Of a DNA stretch of 64,000 bases, positions 39,967 to 50,137 are shown piece after piece. The position numbers and the translations under genes are program-made. The notes beneath the pieces are model-generated. The model saw nothing but the letters and a program-made list of their open reading frames with translations. It was not told the origin of the DNA and searched no databases. The stretch is from assembly GCA_963769975.1 (NCBI GenBank), contig CAVYNS010000002.1, forward strand, positions 280,769 to 344,768, read 5' to 3'. The stretch is from an uncultured Chloroflexia bacterium. Its GTDB lineage: Bacteria; Chloroflexota; Dehalococcoidia; GIF9; AB-539-J10. Each line of letters starts with the position of its first letter. The first letter of the stretch is position 1.

Positions 39967-41889
39967 ATGTCTCAAAATGACGTAAACAACCGCCCAAGCT
40001 CGGAATATACCGCCAAAGATATCCAGATTCTAGATGAACTTAAGGCCGTACGGTTACGCCCAGGCATGTATATTGGCGGCACTGATAAATACGGATTACA
40101 CCAAATCCTCTACGAGATAGTGTATAACAGCATAGACGAAGCCATGGCCGGCTGCTGCGACCATATCGAAGTAACAGTCCATGAAGATAACAGCGTCACA
40201 GTAATTGATAATGGACGGGGTATCCCTACCGAAAATATCCCGGGACAAGATATCACAGCCCTGGAGGCAGTGTTAACTCGCCTGCACGCCGGAGCCAAGT
40301 TCAGCAATCATGTCTATGGTGTATCCAGTGGACTCCATGGCGTTGGTGCTTCCGTGGTAAATGCCTTGTCTTCCTGGCTCAAAGCTGAGGTTAAACGCGA
40401 AGGAAAACTCTACCGCCAGGAATATCAACAAGGGGTCCCACAAGGCGAAGTAGAAATCATTGGAGACGCCCAGGACACAGGCACTTTAATTTCCTTCCTT
40501 GCTGATAAGGAAATCTTCGAGAGCATTGATTACGATTTCGACATGGCTTGCCAGCGATTAAGGGAACTAGCTTACCTGAATAAAGGGGTAGAAATAGCTC
40601 TTAAAGACGAGAGAGCCAATCAAGAGAAGGCGTTCTACTTCGATGGGGGAATAGCTAGTTATATTCGCCGCCTGAATAAAAATAGAGCTGTTGTTCACCC
40701 CTACCCCATTTATATCTCTACTATGATAGATAGCACCGTAATAGAAGCAGCTCTACAATATAACGATAGCTTCACCGAATCCACTATCTCCTTCGCCAAC
40801 TGCGTCAACACTAGAGACGGAGGTAGCCATCTTACCGGCTTTCGTTCGGCATTAACCCGGGTTTTCAACGATTATGCCCGGAATACGAAAGTTTTAAAGG
40901 ATGCCGACCCTAATTTGACCGGAGAAGATGTGCGCGAAGGGGCAGTGGCCATCATCAGTGTCAAACTACCCCAGCCTCAATTTGAGGGGCAAACCAAGGC
41001 CAGGCTGGGAAACCCCGAAGTAAAAAGTCAGGTTGAATCTGCGGTAGCCAATAGCTTGTCCCTGTACCTCGAGCAACACCCCAACGAGGCCAAGGCAATC
41101 ATAGAGAAGTGCCTCACCGCCGCCAGAGCCAGAGAGGCGGCACGCAAAGCTCGTGACCTCGTTTTAAAGAAGACCGGCTTCGAAACATCAACTCTGCCCG
41201 GGAAACTGGCCGATTGTTCCGAGAAGGAGCCGGCCAAATGCGAGATTTACCTGGTGGAAGGTGACTCAGCTGGCGGCTCAGCTAAACAAGGGCGAGACCG
41301 CCGCTTTCAAGCCATTCTCCCTCTGAGAGGCAAAATACTGAATGTAGAAAAGGCTGCCAAAGACAAAATTCTGGAACATGAAGAGCTAAGAGCCATTGTC
41401 ACAGCTTTAAAAGCCAGTGCTGACGAACTATTTGATAGCTCTAAACTTCGCTACCACAGAATAATCATCATGACCGATGCCGATGTTGATGGCTCGCACA
41501 TTCGTACTTTGCTCCTTACCTTCTTTTTCCGCCACATGACAGAGTTAATTAACCAGGGCTATCTCTACATTGCCCAACCACCTCTGTACCGCCTCAAGTC
41601 CGGTAAACAGGAGTCCTGGCTTTACTCCGAACAGGAAAAGGAAGAAAAAGTTAAAGGACTAAAAGGAGACAAAGTAGAGATTCAGAGGTATAAAGGGCTG
41701 GGGGAGATGACTCCCGTGCAACTATGGGAGACAACCATGAACCCCGCTAACAGAACCCTGCTCAAGGTACATGTAGAGGATGCCATAGCCGCAGACCAGG
41801 CTTTTCGCATGCTCATGGGCGATGAAGTTTTGCCTCGCAAAAGATTCATCCTGGCCCACGCGCAAAGCGTCAGAAACCTCGATATTTAG
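39967..41889 (+). CDS. gyrB: DNA gyrase subunit B
   Basis: GHKL ATPase N-terminus (VYNSIDEAMAG) and TOPRIM (EIYLVEGDSAGGSAKQGRDR). Confidence 0.95.
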   Translation: MSQNDVNNRPSSEYTAKDIQILDELKAVRLRPGMYIGGTDKYGLHQILYEIVYNSIDEAMAGCCDHIEVTVHEDNSVTVIDNGRGIPTENIPGQDITALEAVLTRLHAGAKFSNHVYGVSSGLHGVGASVVNALSSWLKAEVKREGKLYRQEYQQGVPQGEVEIIGDAQDTGTLISFLADKEIFESIDYDFDMACQRLRELAYLNKGVEIALKDERANQEKAFYFDGGIASYIRRLNKNRAVVHPYPIYISTMIDSTVIEAALQYNDSFTESTISFANCVNTRDGGSHLTGFRSALTRVFNDYARNTKVLKDADPNLTGEDVREGAVAIISVKLPQPQFEGQTKARLGNPEVKSQVESAVANSLSLYLEQHPNEAKAIIEKCLTAARAREAARKARDLVLKKTGFETSTLPGKLADCSEKEPAKCEIYLVEGDSAGGSAKQGRDRRFQAILPLRGKILNVEKAAKDKILEHEELRAIVTALKASADELFDSSKLRYHRIIIMTDADVDGSHIRTLLLTFFFRHMTELINQGYLYIAQPPLYRLKSGKQESWLYSEQEKEEKVKGLKGDKVEIQRYKGLGEMTPVQLWETTMNPANRTLLKVHVEDAIAADQAFRMLMGDEVLPRKRFILAHAQSVRNLDI

Positions 41890-42000
41890 CCGTTGAGCCT
41901 CCGCTACCCCAGAGGGGTGTGTGATAATGGGGAGAATTTGCCAGAGAATCTCGCTAATGGCCCATCCGAATTAACGCCGTGCGGCGGCTGAAGCGCGGCG

Positions 42001-42606
42001 TTATCTCGCAGATGTCGAATATATCTTGTGTTCTGTTATATATTTTTCTACCTCAGCGGGCACCAGGTAACGAATGGACAGCCCTTGAGCTAGACGCTGG
42101 CGAATTTCCGAGGAGCTAATCCCGATTACAGGCATATCAAGCTGAATAATTTTGTCCAGCAGCCCGGGTATGGCTGTTTCTAAGTGTTTCAAATCTTTTG
42201 AGCCTAATCTCGGGGGAACCACCAGCCGGCATAATTGAACTACTTTCTGCGGTTCCTTCCACAAAGGCAACTCGGCTAAGGTATCACGTCCCAGGATGAA
42301 GAAAAAACTGGCTTTACTGCCTAGCTGCTTTCGCAGCATGGTCAGGGTATCCACGGTGTAAGAGGGACCGGCGCGCTCTACTTCGAGAGTACAAAGTTTA
42401 AAATGAGGGTTGTCAGCTATGGCACGGCGCACCATCTCCACCCTGTGGACTGCCAGGGTAATGTTACGGCCCAGCTTGAGCCAGGGCTGCCCAGCAGGCA
42501 CGAAAAGAACCTCGCTTAACCCTAACTTTATTCTGGCTTCCTCAGCAATAACAAGGTGCCCTATATGGATAGGGTCAAATGTGCCACCAAGAACGCCTAT
42601 ATTCAC
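42001..42606 (-). CDS. nadD: Nicotinate-nucleotide adenylyltransferase
   Basis: GVLGGTFDPIHIGHL is the (H/T)xGH motif. Confidence 0.9.
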   Translation of the reverse strand: MNIGVLGGTFDPIHIGHLVIAEEARIKLGLSEVLFVPAGQPWLKLGRNITLAVHRVEMVRRAIADNPHFKLCTLEVERAGPSYTVDTLTMLRKQLGSKASFFFILGRDTLAELPLWKEPQKVVQLCRLVVPPRLGSKDLKHLETAIPGLLDKIIQLDMPVIGISSSEIRQRLAQGLSIRYLVPAEVEKYITEHKIYSTSAR

Positions 42607-42610
42607 TTTT

Positions 42611-43675
42611 TTATTTTCTCGGTTTGGGACGAAATATGGCTATGTGCGCCGGTGAAATCATTTCCTCATCCCGGCTCGCCTGCTCCACCATTTCCACAGC
42701 TTTCCTGGTTAATTCTAACACAGCTTGGCCACTCACTGCAGAAATGTAAAAGACAGGCACCCCAAGCCCCGCTAAAATCGGGGCAAGGCATTGCTTCACT
42801 TCAGGCAAACGCGCTTGAACCTCGGGCAAATCTATCTTATTTACCGCCACGATTTTGGACTTTTGTGACAAGCTTTTGTATAAGGCTATCTCTTTATCCA
42901 ATGTGCTGAGGTCATCGATAAGGGCCTGCGAACTGCCATCCAATAAATAAATAAGCAGCTTGGTCCTCTCCGCATGGCGCAAAAACTCGTTCCCCAACCC
43001 TTTGCCCAGATGAGAACCTTCAATAAGGCCGGGAATCTCGGCAACAATAAAGTCTCTCCGATCGCCTGGCATAACTCCTAAGATCGGCTGGCGCGTGGTA
43101 AAGGGATAATCAGCAATTTCGGGTTTGGCTCTGGATATCGCAGATAATAAAGTAGATTTCCCTACGTTGGGATGACCAACAATGCAGATATCAGTAATGA
43201 ACTTTACCTCGAGGATAATAGGCTTCTTTTTCCCTGATTTCCCCTTACCAGCAATCTCAGGTGCTTGATTTACTGCTGTAGCAAAATGGACATTACCCAG
43301 TCCTCCCCGGCCTCCCTTAGCCACCACAATCTTTTGCCCGTGCGTCCTCAAGTCCGCTAAAACTACCTCTTCCCCTGAATCAGCCTTATTGAAAACCATT
43401 GTGCCCACGGGCACGGAAATAGCTAAATCCTCCCCTTTCTTGCCACGTTTCCGCCCACCACCTCCCCGACGGCCGTTTTCCGCTAGGAATTCCTTCTTCT
43501 TCCCTATCGAACTTAAGTCCATCAAATTGGGATTAGCTCCAACAACTACATTCCCACCGCTTCCACCATCTCCCCCATCAGGACCACCAAAAGGAACACG
43601 CCTCTCTTTCCGAAAGCTGACACACCCATCCCCACCAGAGCCACCACTAACCATAATTTCTATTTTATAGACCAT
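42611..43675 (-). CDS. obg: GTPase Obg
   Basis: Glycine-rich Obg fold N-terminus (GGDGGSGGNVV), then G1 (GHPNVGKST) and G3/G4 motifs. Confidence 0.9.
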   Translation of the reverse strand: MVYKIEIMVSGGSGGDGCVSFRKERRVPFGGPDGGDGGSGGNVVVGANPNLMDLSSIGKKKEFLAENGRRGGGGRKRGKKGEDLAISVPVGTMVFNKADSGEEVVLADLRTHGQKIVVAKGGRGGLGNVHFATAVNQAPEIAGKGKSGKKKPIILEVKFITDICIVGHPNVGKSTLLSAISRAKPEIADYPFTTRQPILGVMPGDRRDFIVAEIPGLIEGSHLGKGLGNEFLRHAERTKLLIYLLDGSSQALIDDLSTLDKEIALYKSLSQKSKIVAVNKIDLPEVQARLPEVKQCLAPILAGLGVPVFYISAVSGQAVLELTRKAVEMVEQASRDEEMISPAHIAIFRPKPRK

Positions 43676-43842
43676 ATCTTAATAATCTATTATATAAAGA
43701 TAAGTATATTAAGGGATTTAATACTAATCATTATAAACAATGTTGTTAAGTGGTAAATAAGCAGAGCAGCAGATTAGAGCCTAGAGGGAGGGATAAACAA
43801 CAATTTATCCACAAGTTATCAGTAATTCTACACAGTCTGGTA
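43676..43842. other. Candidate replication origin segment. The AT-rich tract (43676-43760) is followed by a perfect DnaA box TTATCCACA (43805-43813) and a degenerate box (tGTTTATCCc, 43779-43788).
   Basis: Sits immediately downstream of dnaA, between dnaA and obg. The box was read directly. The dnaA-proximal location is typical of oriC. Confidence 0.4.
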
Positions 43843-45207
43843 TTACTTTTTGTAACCCTGCTGTGAATGGAGTTGCTCTTTGATTTCCGCAATTTGGTTA
43901 GAAAAGCTGGGATTAATGCTCAGTTCGTTAGCTATCTTTTCGTAGCCATGAAGAATTGTGGCATGATTTCTGCCACCTAATTCTTTACCGATCTCGGTTA
44001 GAGAGCAGTTATATCCTTCGCGCATAAGATAGATGGCCACGTGGCGTGCCAGAGCGGTTTTTCTATCTCTTTTCTTGTTAATTAGCTCTTCTGGCGGAAT
44101 GCTGAAATAGTTTGCTACCGTCCGTAAGAGCAGCTTTATGTCTTGTTTACAGGTCATGTTTGTTAATAACTTGTTGATTGTTTCGGGAGCGATATTGGTG
44201 CCACTTAATTTAGCCTGGGCAGTTAGATATACAAGGGCACCTTCAAGCTGGCGGACATTCTCGCATACTTTCTCCGCGACAATAGGCAAAACCCCTTCGA
44301 GTTCTGGAGTCATCATTGTTTCTGCTTTAGCCCGTAGAATATTCAGGCGTGTTTCAAAGTCGGGTGGTTGCAAGTCAACAACAAGGCCCTCTTCAAAGCG
44401 TGATTTTAGCTTGCTGCTAAGAGGATGTATGTCTTGGGGAGCGCAATCAGCGGTGATGACAATTTGCCGGTTATTGCTGTATAGCTCGTTGAAGGTATAG
44501 AAGAAACATTGTAAGGTTTGTCTCTTGTCGATCAGGAAATGGATATCGTCGAATAAAAAGATATGGATATTTCTGAATTTGCTGCGAAACTTGTCAACTT
44601 GGTTTTCTCTCACAGCTAGTACGAATTCATTGGCGAATTGTTCCGCGGTAATATAGGCCGCTTGCAGCCCGTTGTTTGTCGTTAACTGCCCGATGGCATG
44701 TAGTAAATGAGTCTTACCTTGCCCGGTGCTGCTGTGAATGAAAAGGGGGTTATAACTAATTCCGGGATTCTCAGCTACTTCTACAGCGGCAGCATAAGCT
44801 AAACGGTTAGAATCGCTGACAACGAAGTTATCAAAGGTATACTTTGGATTGAATCTATACTGCGTGGCTCTGCTGCTTGTCCCGCCATCGGTTTGAGTAG
44901 CCAAAGGGCTGGCTGATAATTGTTCGCGATTGTGGATCTCGAACCGGACGTCGATATCCTTGCCTATAATATCAACTAAGGTTTTCCTTACCAGAGGATA
45001 AAGGCGTTTGGATAGCCATTCGGCGACGAAAACGTTAGGCACGCCGACGACAAATATATTATCGTGGCAGCTTAGCCCCTGGCTATCGTTAAGCCAAGTT
45101 GTGTAATTTGCCTTACTAACCTGAATCTGCAGCTTGCCGAGGGCACTCTGCCAAATTTCTTTTGCTGATTCCAATCTATCCCCATTCCCAACAAAACTCA
45201 GCCACAA
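43843..45207 (-). CDS. dnaA: Chromosomal replication initiator DnaA
   Basis: AAA+ Walker A (GQGKTHLLHAIG) and the C-terminal DNA-binding domain (RKTALARHVAIYLMRE). Confidence 0.95.
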   Translation of the reverse strand: MWLSFVGNGDRLESAKEIWQSALGKLQIQVSKANYTTWLNDSQGLSCHDNIFVVGVPNVFVAEWLSKRLYPLVRKTLVDIIGKDIDVRFEIHNREQLSASPLATQTDGGTSSRATQYRFNPKYTFDNFVVSDSNRLAYAAAVEVAENPGISYNPLFIHSSTGQGKTHLLHAIGQLTTNNGLQAAYITAEQFANEFVLAVRENQVDKFRSKFRNIHIFLFDDIHFLIDKRQTLQCFFYTFNELYSNNRQIVITADCAPQDIHPLSSKLKSRFEEGLVVDLQPPDFETRLNILRAKAETMMTPELEGVLPIVAEKVCENVRQLEGALVYLTAQAKLSGTNIAPETINKLLTNMTCKQDIKLLLRTVANYFSIPPEELINKKRDRKTALARHVAIYLMREGYNCSLTEIGKELGGRNHATILHGYEKIANELSINPSFSNQIAEIKEQLHSQQGYKK

Positions 45208-45305
45208 CGATAGCTGAAAAACGTATTAAGGGTGGTTAAGATTTAAGAACTTACCAGTTGTTACTCCTTACAGGATAACAGGTTTTCCCAAACCTTCGCT
45301 AGGCA

Positions 45306-46292
45306 ATGTTTGACATAATTAAAAAATTAATGAAAAATACTTCAGCTATGACAGTCCGCACCGTTTTTATGGGCACTCCGCAGTTCGCTGTGACTATACT
45401 GGAATCCTTGCTCCGGAGTTCCTGCCAGGTGCTTGCCGCGTATACTCAGCCCGATAAGTCGGCTGGCAGGGGGCGCCCAGTTGTTCTTCCTCCGGTGAAA
45501 AAGCTAGCGCTGGAGCGACAAATACCGGTTATGCAACCCGAGACGTTTAAATCCGGCGAGGTGGTGGAGAAGCTGGCCAGCTTTCAGCCTGAGCTAATAG
45601 TTGTGGCAGCCTTTGGTTCTATTCTTCCCCAGGGAGTGCTTTCCTTGCCTAAATTTGCCTGTCTTAACGTTCATCCTTCGTTATTGCCGAGGCACCGAGG
45701 TCCGTCTCCAATCGCTAATACCATTCTCTGTGGAGATGAACTTACCGGGGTCACCATAATGATAATGGATGCTGGATTAGATACCGGGCCGATTTTAGCC
45801 CAGAAAAAACTGGGGATTTCCTTTATGGATACCACCGGCTCGCTTAGCTCAAAGCTGTCTGATGTGGGGGCCGCGCTTTTACTGGAGACCTTGCCCCAAT
45901 GGCTGGGGGGCGAACTCAAACCGCAAGTTCAAGATGAGTTGCAGGCTACTTATAGCAAGTTGATAACCAATAGAGATGGCGAGATTGATTGGCATCTTTC
46001 CGCGCTCGAACTCTGGCGGATGGTAAGGGCGTACAATCCCTGGCCAAGCTGCTATACCTGGTGTCAGGGGAAGCGGCTGAAAATCCATAAAGCTATTCCC
46101 CTTGGCGATGTGAGAGAAGGAGAGATAGGGGAAGTAATCGCCTTGGCGGAGCAACCGGGGGTTGGGGTGGTAACTAAGCAGGGTATTTTAGGGCTTTGCC
46201 AGGTTCAGTTAGAAGGAAAACGCGAAATGCCGGTAAGCGATTTTGTCCGCGGGAAAAGAGATTTTATTGGCTCCATTCTGGGGCGGAAGTAG
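45306..46292 (+). CDS. fmt: Methionyl-tRNA formyltransferase
   Basis: RTVFMGTPQFAV, HPSLLPRHRG and C-terminal domain motifs. An alternative start is at 45348. Confidence 0.9.
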   Translation: MFDIIKKLMKNTSAMTVRTVFMGTPQFAVTILESLLRSSCQVLAAYTQPDKSAGRGRPVVLPPVKKLALERQIPVMQPETFKSGEVVEKLASFQPELIVVAAFGSILPQGVLSLPKFACLNVHPSLLPRHRGPSPIANTILCGDELTGVTIMIMDAGLDTGPILAQKKLGISFMDTTGSLSSKLSDVGAALLLETLPQWLGGELKPQVQDELQATYSKLITNRDGEIDWHLSALELWRMVRAYNPWPSCYTWCQGKRLKIHKAIPLGDVREGEIGEVIALAEQPGVGVVTKQGILGLCQVQLEGKREMPVSDFVRGKRDFIGSILGRK

Positions 46293-46347
46293 CTTCTCTG
46301 GCCGGCATTATTCTGCAAACATTGGCACACATCTTTGAAATGGCGAC

Positions 46348-47022
46348 TTAGTCGAAACCGAGCCAGGTGGTGACGTTTTTAATAGGCTCCCGCTCACTTT
46401 CCACTTTGTTGGCAGGAAAATCCCAATCAGGGTAGCCAATGGCGATGGCTATTACTATCCGCTTGGGCTCCGGTATGCGGGCGTATTTTCTCAACACGGC
46501 GGGATACATCGTTCCCTGGTCTTCGATGCAGGTCCCCAGGCCGAAATGCAACGCGGTAAGACAGATAGTCTGTATCACAGCGCCAATGTCGAGCAGTGGC
46601 CCACTTTCGCTCAGACAGCGATCAGTGGACAGGATGATCGCCGTCGGCGCATCGAAGTAACGAAATCCGCGCTCCAGCCATTTGGCCCTTTTCTCCTTGT
46701 CTTCCCGGGATATGTCCATAAGCTGAAAAAGCTGCTTGGCGAGGTTTACCTGGCGTTGGCGGTAAATGCTCTCCTTCGGCCAGCCTGCGACCGCGTGCTC
46801 GGGGTTAGGCGGCGCTCCGGAGTTGAGCAGCTCCACGTTGCCCCGTCGTATATTTTCCAGAACGTCACCAGTGAGCACAGTGAACTCCCATGGTTGGGTA
46901 TTCATAGCAGATGGGGCATTGCTCGCCAATTCCAGTATTTGCTGTAAAACCTCTTTAGGCACAGGGTCAGGTTTGTAGCCCCTGATGCTCTTACGCTTTT
47001 TCACGGCTTCGATGGCATCCAT
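46348..47022 (-). CDS. Nitroreductase family protein
   Basis: RKSIRGY...PSAMNTQPWEF is the FMN-binding nitroreductase N-terminal motif. Confidence 0.8.
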   Translation of the reverse strand: MDAIEAVKKRKSIRGYKPDPVPKEVLQQILELASNAPSAMNTQPWEFTVLTGDVLENIRRGNVELLNSGAPPNPEHAVAGWPKESIYRQRQVNLAKQLFQLMDISREDKEKRAKWLERGFRYFDAPTAIILSTDRCLSESGPLLDIGAVIQTICLTALHFGLGTCIEDQGTMYPAVLRKYARIPEPKRIVIAIAIGYPDWDFPANKVESEREPIKNVTTWLGFD

Positions 47023-47061
47023 AAATGTGCTCCTTTTCTGTGACAGTTCAGTCTTTCCTTA

Positions 47062-48321
47062 TTATGGGGCAGCAGTTATGGGTTCTGATTCGTAAATCCT
47101 TTCCTCTGCCAGCTCTGTTGGGGTGAGAGGAACATCAGCTTCAATATCTCTGCCCTCGATTCCCTTAGCCAGGATTTCCTTATAGTATTCATGCTGGATG
47201 ATTAAGTTCATGATTTCGTTGCTGCCGGTCCAGATCATAATAAGTCGGGCTTCCCGGAGCGCCCGTTCCACCGGGTAGACGTGAGTATACCCGATGCCGC
47301 CGAGAATCTGCATGGCATCATTCACCACTTCCCAATGTGTCTGAGTAGCCAGTTTCTTCACCTCTGATACCAGTCTCCTTTGGTAAGCCGCAGTACCTAC
47401 TCCATCATCGATGGTTTTGGCCACGGCGTATGCCAGCGCGCTGACACCATCGAGCTTGGTGACGCAGTCGGCTATCTTGAAGCTTATCCCTTCAAAATTC
47501 CTTATGGTCTGGCCGAAGGCCTTCCGTTTGTTGGCATACCGGGCGGCCACCTCCAGAATAGCTCTGGAGCCACCCACTCCGCCACCGAGAAGCCTTTCCG
47601 GCACCATTAATTTATAGAATACCTTTGCCCCTTCGTTCTCTTTCCCCAACAGATTCTCCTCGGGCACAGGCACATCGCGAAAAACCAACCTACCTGTGCC
47701 TGTACCGCGGCAGCCCATCAAGCCGTAGACATGCTTGACCTCCACGCCCATATCCCTCTCAACGATGAAGGCACTGAGTGAGTCGCGGCCGGCTCCGGGG
47801 TTGGTGACGGCAAATACTAGGAAGAAATCGGCGCCTTCCGAGCCGACGACGAAACGCTTCTGTCCGGTAAGGTAATAGTAATTTCCTTTCTTGCGAGCCA
47901 CGGTGGTGGCGCCGAAGAAATCAGAGCCACCCCTGGGCTCAGTGAGCGCCTCACCAGCCCATTGTGTGCCGGCGATTAATGGTTTGAGGTACTTCTTCTT
48001 TTGGGCCTCGGTACCAAACACGTTTAAGCCTTCTCCAACGATGGAGGTAACTGAGACGAGACAGGCAAAAGGCACCCCGAGCTTGTTGACCTCTCCTATT
48101 GCGATGAGTTCATCCACCCATTTCAGGTCTCTGCCGCCATATTTCTTGGGGAACCTGGTGCCTAGCAGGTTTCTCTTGCCGGCTTCCCTGACAAATTCGT
48201 AGGGGAACTTGATTTTATCGGCGTCCATATCCAGTATAAGTTGCCGTGGGATGCTCTTGACCAGGTCCTGAACCTCTTGTCTGAATCTCTTGCGCTCTTC
48301 GTTTAAAAATACCTCTAACAT
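47062..48321 (-). CDS. Acyl-CoA dehydrogenase family protein
   Basis: ACAD three-domain architecture with a catalytic-base region near the C-terminus (IYEGSNEI-like IWTGSNEIMN). Confidence 0.8.
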   Translation of the reverse strand: MLEVFLNEERKRFRQEVQDLVKSIPRQLILDMDADKIKFPYEFVREAGKRNLLGTRFPKKYGGRDLKWVDELIAIGEVNKLGVPFACLVSVTSIVGEGLNVFGTEAQKKKYLKPLIAGTQWAGEALTEPRGGSDFFGATTVARKKGNYYYLTGQKRFVVGSEGADFFLVFAVTNPGAGRDSLSAFIVERDMGVEVKHVYGLMGCRGTGTGRLVFRDVPVPEENLLGKENEGAKVFYKLMVPERLLGGGVGGSRAILEVAARYANKRKAFGQTIRNFEGISFKIADCVTKLDGVSALAYAVAKTIDDGVGTAAYQRRLVSEVKKLATQTHWEVVNDAMQILGGIGYTHVYPVERALREARLIMIWTGSNEIMNLIIQHEYYKEILAKGIEGRDIEADVPLTPTELAEERIYESEPITAAP

Positions 48322-48443
48322 TGCTTCCTCCTTTTCAGTTTTAATAGGCAGGTATTATGATTCCGGGCTAACCGACACTGTGATAGTTTAGTTTTTCCGG
48401 GAATCCTGGCCAATAGTATAGCACGTGTCAAATTATCTAAAAA

Positions 48444-50057
48444 TTGTACCGTTTGACGATGGAGATGAAAGCTACTATAATGCAGTTCACCTCTAAGTCA
48501 AGAAAAATCATGATTGAGTCTTCAACAGCAGTTGTCGAGACTACCTCAGGCAAAATCGAAGGCGTTTTCAGGAAAGGGCTATATGTTTTCCGTGGCATAC
48601 CTTATGCGGCGCCGCCAGTAGGCGAGCGCCGCTGGCTGCCGCCTAACCCTCCCGAACCCTGGGGCGGAATTAGACCGGCGCAAGACTTTGCCCCCACCGC
48701 CCCCCAGCTATCTATGGATATCCAGTTTCTGGAGCCGGTGGAGAAACAACCGCAAAGCGAAGACTGTCTTTACCTCAATATCTGGACCCCCGGGCTGAAG
48801 GGTGCGAAGCGCCCGGTTATGGTCTGGGTCCATGGCGGCTTCTTCACCACCGGTGCCGGCTCGTGGTTGATCTACAATGGGCGGACTCTGTCTACACGCG
48901 GTAATGTGGTGGTAGTGACTATTAATTATCGACTGGGCGTATTGGGTTTCCTTAATCTAAATGAAATCACAAAAGGCAGGATACCGGCTACAGGAAATGA
49001 GGGGCTGCTTGACCAGGTCTTGGCGCTGGAGTGGGTGCGGGATAACATCTCGCGCTTCGGCGGGGATCCGGATAATGTGACCATCTTCGCCGAGTCCGCT
49101 GGGGCCATGGGCGTGGGGGTGTTGCTGGCAGTGCCTAAGGCGCGCGGTCTTTTTCACAGAGCTATCCTCCAAAGTGGAGCTGCTCACCATGTGAACTCGC
49201 TAGAGAGTGCAGAGAAACTGGGGGCTATCTTTCTCGACATTCTAGATATAAAGCCGAACGATGCTAACAAATTGCGGTCGCTTACCGAGCAGCAACTCCT
49301 CAACGCTCAGGTGGAAGTTATGGCTAGAGCGCAGGGTCCGAAATTGGCTATGGGTGGCTTGCCTATCAAGCCTGTGGTTGATGGCGAGGTGATTCCAGAA
49401 TTGCCGATCCGCTCTATTGCTAGCGGCTCGGCAGACAATGTGGCAGTCATCATCGGCACCACCCTGAATGAATGGAAGCTCTTTGCCGTTTTGGATAGAA
49501 ATCTGGCCAGCTTGGACGAGGCTGGACTCCTGCGGCGTTGCCAGCGTCTCATTCTGAGCGGGGATGTGAGTGGGCTGATAGAGGCCTACCGCCAGGCTCG
49601 TAGCCAGCGCGACCTTCCAGTCACCCCTGCTGAATTGTATATTGCTATCCAATCGGATAGGGTTTTCCGCATGCCTGCGATTCGGCTTGCCGAGGCACAT
49701 TATCGCCGTCGACAGCCGACTTATATGTATCTGTTCAACTGGGTTTCACCGCTAATGAACGGAATTCTTGGTTCTTGCCATGCGCTGGATCTAGAGTTTG
49801 TGTTCGGGACTCTGGATGACAATTTCAGCGGTTCTGGCGAAGAAGCCCAGGCTCTATCGAGGAAAATCCAGGACGCCTGGGCAACTTTTGCCCGTTATGG
49901 GGACACTAGTTGCCAGAGCATAGGTAAATGGGAACTCTATGATGGGCGGCGGAAGACAATGGTTCTGGGCAAGCAATGCCTGCTGGTAGAAGCCCTGTAT
50001 GAAGAGGAGCGGCGTGCCTGGGAACCTTTCGTCGATTCTGTCCTCGGTGCCTTTTAA
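48444..50057 (+). CDS. Carboxylesterase type B (para-nitrobenzyl esterase-like)
   Basis: Catalytic Ser motif FAESAGA (GESAG) and the EDCLYLNIW signature. Confidence 0.85.
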   Translation: MYRLTMEMKATIMQFTSKSRKIMIESSTAVVETTSGKIEGVFRKGLYVFRGIPYAAPPVGERRWLPPNPPEPWGGIRPAQDFAPTAPQLSMDIQFLEPVEKQPQSEDCLYLNIWTPGLKGAKRPVMVWVHGGFFTTGAGSWLIYNGRTLSTRGNVVVVTINYRLGVLGFLNLNEITKGRIPATGNEGLLDQVLALEWVRDNISRFGGDPDNVTIFAESAGAMGVGVLLAVPKARGLFHRAILQSGAAHHVNSLESAEKLGAIFLDILDIKPNDANKLRSLTEQQLLNAQVEVMARAQGPKLAMGGLPIKPVVDGEVIPELPIRSIASGSADNVAVIIGTTLNEWKLFAVLDRNLASLDEAGLLRRCQRLILSGDVSGLIEAYRQARSQRDLPVTPAELYIAIQSDRVFRMPAIRLAEAHYRRRQPTYMYLFNWVSPLMNGILGSCHALDLEFVFGTLDDNFSGSGEEAQALSRKIQDAWATFARYGDTSCQSIGKWELYDGRRKTMVLGKQCLLVEALYEEERRAWEPFVDSVLGAF

Positions 50058-50137
50058 AGCTGACGGGGATGTAACTTTCTATAGAATAACGAAAGACTGG
50101 ACTAAGCCTTCTCATCTTCAATTGAAGTTAAGTCGGG

